DNA of 64,000 nucleotides from a virus (Duplodnaviria; Caudoviricetes): IMG/VR virus record IMGVR_UViG_3300014205_000170, positions 416,001 to 480,000 of that record; one strand, 5' to 3'. Shown piece by piece: positions 57,895 to 64,000 of this stretch (position 1 is its first letter; each line of letters starts with the position of its first letter). The notes under the pieces were generated by a model. It saw only the letters and a program-made list of their open reading frames with translations, ran no database searches and was not told where the DNA came from. The position numbers and the translations under genes were made by a program.

Positions 57895-59465
57895 TTTAAA
57901 ACATTTAGATAAAATTCAACTTCTTTACTTTCGTTTATTTTATCTACAAACGTATTAATTAATTTAATTGTATTGTCTGCGACTCCTCGTTTTTTGAGAT
58001 TACTTAAAAGCGCTTCATTTTTCAAAATAGCTTTTGCTAATTCAATCCCTGGCGCACCAAAGGTACTTCTAACTAATAATATATTTATATACTGGGCAAA
58101 TCTATGTTTATCTAATAGAGTATTCCAAATAACCCCATGTACTTCCATTAATTTAAATGCAAATTTTCGCCCTTCCGGTCCTAAAGAAACTAAATCTATA
58201 ATAAATTTTTGTATATTTTCATAACTAGTATTTTTATCTGATAGCCACTCATTTAACCAAGGCAACGATTTAATAACATTCAACCCTTCTTTTTTTAAAT
58301 TTAAAGTGATGTAAGAGTTTATCAAATCATCAAAATTGTTTTTTAAAAAAATACTTTTAATAAATTCCACATCAGTTAAAATTACATTTTTAAGTTCTTC
58401 TGTAGCTCCCATTTCTTTAAAAAACTCTTCAAAAAACAAATAACCTTTTTTATTAATAAGGCTTATTTTCTCTGGAAGACTTTTTAATATTTCCAATCCT
58501 TCTTCTTTTGTTACTAATTTATTATCAATTTTAAATGATGCATCTATTTGTCCAATTTTAGTAAAAAATTTTAATAATTCAGGATTTTCTCTAAAAAATT
58601 GTGTAACATTAATTCGTTTATCGGTTGTATCCATAAACTGTCCAGTTTCAAAATGAAATTGCAATTTTTTCAATACAGCTTTATCGTTTTTAACGTTCTT
58701 ATTTATAAGTATAAATAAAGGTCCTTGTTTGTGATAATATTCAAATCTATTATTATAATCATTTGAAGCTGTGCACCATTTTGTGCTTTTTCCATACAAA
58801 CAAGCTGCTTGTTGAGTTTTTGGTATTATTATTTTCCAATTATCATCATTATAAACTTGTTCCGCTCCTTCTAATTTAATAAGTTTTTCTTTTTCAGAAG
58901 CACTCATTTCTTCTTCGGAATCATACTTAGAAACAACATTATATAAAGAACTTAAATCATTAAAAGAATTTATGTTTCTTTGATTAACATCTAATTTTTC
59001 TTTGTTCTTGTCAAACAATCTTAAAGCTTCAGGTATTTTATAAAAGTCTTCTTCTTCTAATTCTCCATTCAAGTAAATATTCATTATCCAATTTAGATAT
59101 TGTTTATTTTCAGAAGGGTCTGATTGTTCAAGTTTATCAAATCGTTTTAATATCAATTGAATCCAAATATCTTTTGGTATTAATTTTCCATTTTTAAAAG
59201 CAGTGTCTTTTATAAAGTTTTTAATGAAATTATCTTTTTCTTTTTCAGCATCCCAAATTCCCTTCGAATAAAACTTAACAAAGCGGTCAAATTTCTTACC
59301 AGCTCTTTCTGTAAAATCCTTTTTTAAAAACTCTGTTCTAGCTGATTCTAATAAAGTATCACTTTTAATGCCAGACAAACGCATTAATTTATTTTTATAT
59401 GCTTCGCTTAAATTCATTATTTTATTATATGGTTGGGGATTCAGAAAACCATTCATCATACTCAC
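57891..59465 (-). CDS. putative virion protein, paralog of 35862..37388
   Basis: SDPS..YLNWI, TKWCTA, GPLFI, LQFHFETGQFMD; start probably MNLSEAY. Confidence 0.7.
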   Translation of the reverse strand: MSMMNGFLNPQPYNKIMNLSEAYKNKLMRLSGIKSDTLLESARTEFLKKDFTERAGKKFDRFVKFYSKGIWDAEKEKDNFIKNFIKDTAFKNGKLIPKDIWIQLILKRFDKLEQSDPSENKQYLNWIMNIYLNGELEEEDFYKIPEALRLFDKNKEKLDVNQRNINSFNDLSSLYNVVSKYDSEEEMSASEKEKLIKLEGAEQVYNDDNWKIIIPKTQQAACLYGKSTKWCTASNDYNNRFEYYHKQGPLFILINKNVKNDKAVLKKLQFHFETGQFMDTTDKRINVTQFFRENPELLKFFTKIGQIDASFKIDNKLVTKEEGLEILKSLPEKISLINKKGYLFFEEFFKEMGATEELKNVILTDVEFIKSIFLKNNFDDLINSYITLNLKKEGLNVIKSLPWLNEWLSDKNTSYENIQKFIIDLVSLGPEGRKFAFKLMEVHGVIWNTLLDKHRFAQYINILLVRSTFGAPGIELAKAILKNEALLSNLKKRGVADNTIKLINTFVDKINESKEVEFYLNVLN

Positions 59466-59620
59466 ATTTTTCCGGCGAGTTATTGGTTTCGTGATTTATA
59501 TTTTCATTCTCTTTAACTTGAGAATTTTCTTCATTATTTTTAGGCTCCTTATCCATAATATATAAATATGACTTTTTTGTTGAATTATGATTAAAAAAAA
59601 TGTATATTTACTAAATAATT

Positions 59621-59982
59621 GGGTTCGACCGGTTTTGACAGTGAGCGCAATTTAAAAATAAGCATGTAGTGTGTTGTGAATATGACACTTTAATCTTAAC
59701 TCTCAAATTTTATCTGGCGAAACTTTCGCTATGGCTGCTTAATAAACTCAGTTTATTTCAGTCGTTGTAAGCCTTATAGCACTCTTGCTTCGCGATAAGT
59801 GTCTTGCATTATAAAAGAGCAAGTTATTTTAGTGATGATATTAACTAAAATAATAAAAATATCTAAGTTGAAATTTGGTTTGATTTTATGCCTGGTTTTA
59901 ATCGAAAATTAAATAAATTCTAAACATGTAGAAGGTTTTTAAATTCCTTATTTGGACGAGGGTTCGAATCCCTCCGAATCCA
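59621..59982 (+). ncRNA. ssrA: tmRNA
   Basis: 5' GGGTTCGACCGGTTTTGAC, 3' GAGGGTTCGAATCCCTCCGAATCCA with G3.U70; tag (A)GETFAMAA* at 59716-59742. Confidence 0.92.
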
Positions 59983-59991
59983 CAAATTGAT

Positions 59992-60019
59992 TGAAAGTCA
60001 ACTATTTAGTTGACTTTTC
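59992..60019. terminator. bidirectional terminator
   Basis: AAAGTCAACT/AGTTGACTTT. Confidence 0.7.
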
Positions 60020-60020
60020 T

Positions 60021-62366
60021 TTATTCAAACGGTTCTATAATATGCCAACCTATTTTTGAAGTATCAGAGGCGCTATTAGAACCAATAATAAATGATGTTC
60101 CAGCTGTTCTTCCAGAGATGAAAGGAATTCCCATAAATCCACTACCATCTGGAATTTGTATTGATAACATAATAAGCGATGCGTTTGTTACTGCTGTTGT
60201 AGTAACTACCACGAATCCAGATGCTAATGTAGCTAATCCGGCTGTTGGACTTGTACCGGTGAATGCAAAAGTTTTATTTCTAACATATAGGTTTGGTACA
60301 TATACAGAATCATCTGTTGATGCAGTAAGAGCCCTACCTCCAATTATAGCACTTCTATTTGTTGAAGATGGAATTACGTTATTTGCACCTCCTATGATTG
60401 TAGACCATGACCCAGAAAGTGTATGTCCAGTTCCATTAACAATAGTAGAATGACGACCCTGTACAGTATTGTTAAAACCATTAATAATTGTTGAGCCTGT
60501 ATTATTCGCTGTATTACCACTACCGTTACCAATTAATGAGAATAATCCTGAACTAGTATTGTTAAATCCATTTAAAACAGTAGAATAAGCAGAAGTACCG
60601 CTTGTAACGGAGTTATAAACTCCATTGTTTATGGTGGAAAAATTACCTGTAACAGAATTGGACCTACCATTTATAATAGCAGCATATGTTCCTGATGTTG
60701 TATTTCCACTACCATTACCAATTAAACTTTTAGTTCCATTAGTAGTATTTTGTCTACCATTTAATATTGTAGAATAAAATGTTCCAGCCGAATTTGATAT
60801 ACCATTTTCAATGGTTGTATAAGAGCCAACAGTGGTATTGCCTGAACCATTTAAAATAACAGAACTTATTCCGGACGAACTATTTCTTCTACCATTTAAG
60901 GCTGCTGAATAAGTTGATATACTTGAATTTAAAAAACCGTTTCCTACAAATGATTTACCACCAGTAGCTGTGTTTCCAGAACCATTTACAATAGTAGCAT
61001 ATGATGATGTTATTGCTGAATTATTTCTACCATTAACAACGGTAGACATTGTTTGATTTGCTAAATTTCTATAACCATTACCAACAAATGTTCTTGCAGC
61101 AGAAGCTGTATTATAAACACCATTTATAATAGTAGCATAAGAACCGGTAGAAGCTGAATTTTTAAAACCATTACCAATAAATGCTCCAACAAAATTTGAT
61201 TTATTTTGATAACCATTTATAACAGTTGCATAATTATGTGTTAATGTTATGTTTCCAAATCCAGCACCAATAAATCCAGACCTAGAATCAGTTGTGTTTC
61301 CTGTACCTCCTCCTATAAATGCAGTAATACCTGATGAAGTGTTTTTTATACCACCAACAACAATAGAACCTAGCAAATGAGAAGTGTTTCCAGAACCACC
61401 TACAACTACACCATATGCATTGTTTACTGTATTTAATTTACCTGCACCAATAAATGAATATTGCGCAGTAATAGAATTCCCTTTACCATTAACAATAGCA
61501 GAGCTAAATGCTCCGGTTGAAGCGGTGTTGGCATGTCCACCTACACTAGAGTGATTTCCATCTGCCACACTGTTATATCCATTTCCTATAAAAGAATAAT
61601 TTCCTGATGCAATGTTTTTTTGTCCATTTACAATCGAAGAATAGTTTCCAGTAATAGCTGAATTTAATAACCCTCCTCCAACAAAAGAATGTTGTCCTGA
61701 AGCTAAATTTCCATTTCCTGCTCCTATAAATGTATAGTAATAAGAAGAACGATTATTAATACCAGCACCTACAAAAGCAGCATATCCAGAAGAATGATTT
61801 TGTTTACCTCCAACAATCGTAGAATAATCTGTTGTTGCGGAATTTTGATAACCATTTCCTATAATAGAATTACTACCATTAGCTAAGTTATATTGTCCGC
61901 CAACAACAATAGCTCCTGTAGTTGTTGCAGAATTATAGTTACCATTAAGAATTGCTGTAAATTGTTGTGTTGCTTTATTACTGCTTCCATTTCCAATAAA
62001 TGACCTAATTCCATTTGCTTTATTTCCGTAACCTCCAACAACAGCAGCAAAATTACTTGTTGCTACGTTTTGGGCACCATTCCCAATAAAAGAATAAGTA
62101 GATGTTGTTGCAGAGTTGCCTTTACCTCCTACGATAGAAAAAATTCCAGTTGCTAAGTTTCCACTGTTGTTATTTGCTATAATGGAATCTGAACCAGTAG
62201 ATGAACTCCATAAACCTGCTGTAGTAGCACTTAAGGCATCTTGAATTAATACTCCTTGCAAAGCAGTTCCTCCAGAATTCATTTGTATGAATTGATTGGC
62301 AGATAAGCCACCAAAATCATGGTCTGTAGACCCTGTAAATGGATGTTTTTGAAAGTGAGTACTCAT
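60021..62366 (-). CDS. Gly/Asn/Ser repeat beta-helical fibre or adhesin protein
   Basis: dozens of ~15-aa (S/A)hhxxG..N repeats. Confidence 0.75.
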   Translation of the reverse strand: MSTHFQKHPFTGSTDHDFGGLSANQFIQMNSGGTALQGVLIQDALSATTAGLWSSSTGSDSIIANNNSGNLATGIFSIVGGKGNSATTSTYSFIGNGAQNVATSNFAAVVGGYGNKANGIRSFIGNGSSNKATQQFTAILNGNYNSATTTGAIVVGGQYNLANGSNSIIGNGYQNSATTDYSTIVGGKQNHSSGYAAFVGAGINNRSSYYYTFIGAGNGNLASGQHSFVGGGLLNSAITGNYSSIVNGQKNIASGNYSFIGNGYNSVADGNHSSVGGHANTASTGAFSSAIVNGKGNSITAQYSFIGAGKLNTVNNAYGVVVGGSGNTSHLLGSIVVGGIKNTSSGITAFIGGGTGNTTDSRSGFIGAGFGNITLTHNYATVINGYQNKSNFVGAFIGNGFKNSASTGSYATIINGVYNTASAARTFVGNGYRNLANQTMSTVVNGRNNSAITSSYATIVNGSGNTATGGKSFVGNGFLNSSISTYSAALNGRRNSSSGISSVILNGSGNTTVGSYTTIENGISNSAGTFYSTILNGRQNTTNGTKSLIGNGSGNTTSGTYAAIINGRSNSVTGNFSTINNGVYNSVTSGTSAYSTVLNGFNNTSSGLFSLIGNGSGNTANNTGSTIINGFNNTVQGRHSTIVNGTGHTLSGSWSTIIGGANNVIPSSTNRSAIIGGRALTASTDDSVYVPNLYVRNKTFAFTGTSPTAGLATLASGFVVVTTTAVTNASLIMLSIQIPDGSGFMGIPFISGRTAGTSFIIGSNSASDTSKIGWHIIEPFE

Positions 62367-62464
62367 TTTCTTTTAATTCAAAGTTTTTATTATAAGTAAA
62401 TAGGTTTCTTTTTAAGTTTTATGGCTAAACTTTTCTTTTTTGTATAATCAGATATATTTACATT

Positions 62465-62848
62465 ATGAAAACAATGACAACAAAAAAAGATTCAATATCA
62501 TTTAAAAAGGAAAAAAAAGGCACTTTTTGTATTTTCAAAGATGAAAACTTTGCTCACCTCATGGCTATGAGCTTTACTTTCCATTCAAAATATATGGAAA
62601 TCGTATCAGAACAAAAGGGGCAAACAATGCAAGAAAGCCCTAAATTTTTAAAATTAATGCAAGACCTTTCTGTTGCAAATGAGAAAATTAGTATAAGACA
62701 AAGTGAATTAAAACTTTTGAATGAATGGGTAAAATGTATAACCGAAATTATCATAGAGCTTCCAACAGCTAATTTAAAAGATAAAAATTTGAAAAAATTT
62801 TTTAGATTATCTCAAGATTTCGTAAAAAAAACAAACGAGGTACTGTAA
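62465..62848 (+). CDS. hypothetical protein
   Basis: 127-aa ORF. Confidence 0.6.
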   Translation: MKTMTTKKDSISFKKEKKGTFCIFKDENFAHLMAMSFTFHSKYMEIVSEQKGQTMQESPKFLKLMQDLSVANEKISIRQSELKLLNEWVKCITEIIIELPTANLKDKNLKKFFRLSQDFVKKTNEVL

Positions 62849-62867
62849 AATTCTAAAAATATAAATT

Positions 62868-63044
62868 ATGGCTAAGAAAAATAAGAAAACTAAAACACCT
62901 ATAATTTGTATTGATTGCTTAAAACACAGTGGATTTTTTCAAGAAGATTTTATTTATAGTGTAGTTAATCATCCAAAACATTGTCAACATTGCAATGAAA
63001 TAGTTTTAGAGAAGCCTAATTTTGGGAAGCCAATTTATAACTAA
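62868..63044 (+). CDS. small Zn-ribbon protein (not in ORF track)
   Basis: 58 aa with CIDC..CQHC. Confidence 0.55.
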   Translation: MAKKNKKTKTPIICIDCLKHSGFFQEDFIYSVVNHPKHCQHCNEIVLEKPNFGKPIYN

Positions 63045-63538
63045 TTAAATTCTTTCATTTTTATTGTCATGGTGTGTGGAGCGGTTTTGTTACCTCCAAA
63101 ATAAGGAAATAATTTATATCCCCACTTACAACATTTAGCTTTAGCAATATTTGCTAGACTAATTATTTTACCATCATAATTTGTAATTTTAAATTCAAAA
63201 TATACATCATATGTATTTATTTCAAAAATGAAAATTTTATTTATTGGTATAATTGCTATTCTTCTAGAATATCTAATTCCTAATTTATAACAATAAGCAT
63301 ATATGGCAATTTGACCTTCCTCAACATTCCAGCCAAATCTGGCAGAATTTTTATGATGAAATCCAAATGATATTCCAAAAAGTTTATTAATATCAAAATC
63401 ATCAACATCATTAAATTTATACAGACAACTATCGGTGAATAAAACTTGGTACTTAAGATTCTTTAAACCAAAATGAATGTTTGGATAAAATCCAGACCTG
63501 TGATTTCCTTTTTTTATTAAAAAGCTTTTCAAATCCAT
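63041..63538 (-). CDS. hypothetical beta-sandwich protein
   Basis: INKLFG..HH.NSARFGW..PYFGG..AP. Confidence 0.65.
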   Translation of the reverse strand: MDLKSFLIKKGNHRSGFYPNIHFGLKNLKYQVLFTDSCLYKFNDVDDFDINKLFGISFGFHHKNSARFGWNVEEGQIAIYAYCYKLGIRYSRRIAIIPINKIFIFEINTYDVYFEFKITNYDGKIISLANIAKAKCCKWGYKLFPYFGGNKTAPHTMTIKMKEFN

Positions 63539-63641
63539 TATGAAATAAATATCACATTAAAATTTGTTTTAAGGCTTTTTTTGACTACATTTGTTTTGTA
63601 ACAAATCGTTAAATTCAACGTTTAAATAATAAAATCTCAAC

Positions 63642-63917
63642 ATGAAAACAACCTCTATCGTTATTGCATTAACAATTGCAGTGATTCTTGCATTTTGTAC
63701 AATATTCTATTTTGTACACCCCGTATTAGTTTTAACATTAAAAGATATTTTAACAATTATATTGTTAGATGCAATAATTGCATTTTGTCTTGCTTCGTAT
63801 TTAAGCGATAACCATATGTGGTTGATAGTTTGGACCATTATCGGTGCAATTTGTCCTCCTGTTTCAATAATCGCAGCGGTTATTAAATACAATAAATCGA
63901 AAGCAAAAACAATATGA
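63642..63917 (+). CDS. membrane protein
   Basis: three hydrophobic segments. Confidence 0.6.
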   Translation: MKTTSIVIALTIAVILAFCTIFYFVHPVLVLTLKDILTIILLDAIIAFCLASYLSDNHMWLIVWTIIGAICPPVSIIAAVIKYNKSKAKTI

Positions 63918-64000
63918 AAGTAATTTATGCTTCTGAGAAGTTAACTTCTTCTAAGTTCTCAATTTTTTTAGCTGGGCCAACTCCCAGAAAAGCTTCTGTA
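63914..64000 (+). CDS. partial nucleoside 2-deoxyribosyltransferase-like protein
   Basis: SIFLAGPTPR motif; runs off the window. Confidence 0.6.
   Translation, partial: MKVIYASEKLTSSKFSIFLAGPTPRKASV

Overview
AT-rich segment of a jumbo (T4-like/myovirus-type) bacteriophage genome, standard genetic code. The host is most likely a Bacteroidetes, judged from TTTG/TAnnTTTG promoters, a GETFAMAA tmRNA tag and Bacteroidetes-like nadD, DUF3127 and DUF6642 genes. The window holds a large translation-support island: about 38 tRNA genes in four clusters, several tRNA-like or anticodon-less RNAs, a compact RNase P RNA, tmRNA, a minimal HisRS and a monomeric mitochondrial-type PheRS. It also encodes nucleotide and cofactor enzymes (thyA, dNMP kinase, nadD, HD-CoaD, cysC, sulfotransferase), putative internal-head proteins and fibre-like proteins. 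Main candidate discovery: three tRNA operons are each preceded by an unannotated leader peptide and terminator/antiterminator whose codons match the amino acids of the downstream tRNAs (F/S/N/H/T; poly-K; G/M/V/W/Y/P/I/D/A/T/C/R). This suggests ribosome-mediated attenuation that lets the phage sense depletion of specific tRNAs. Second candidate: a family of small proteins built from fragments of major capsid, tail sheath and terminase joined to a shared R-x-[VI]-[IL]-x-E-K motif, possibly decoys. All family assignments come from motif recognition by eye, not database searches.
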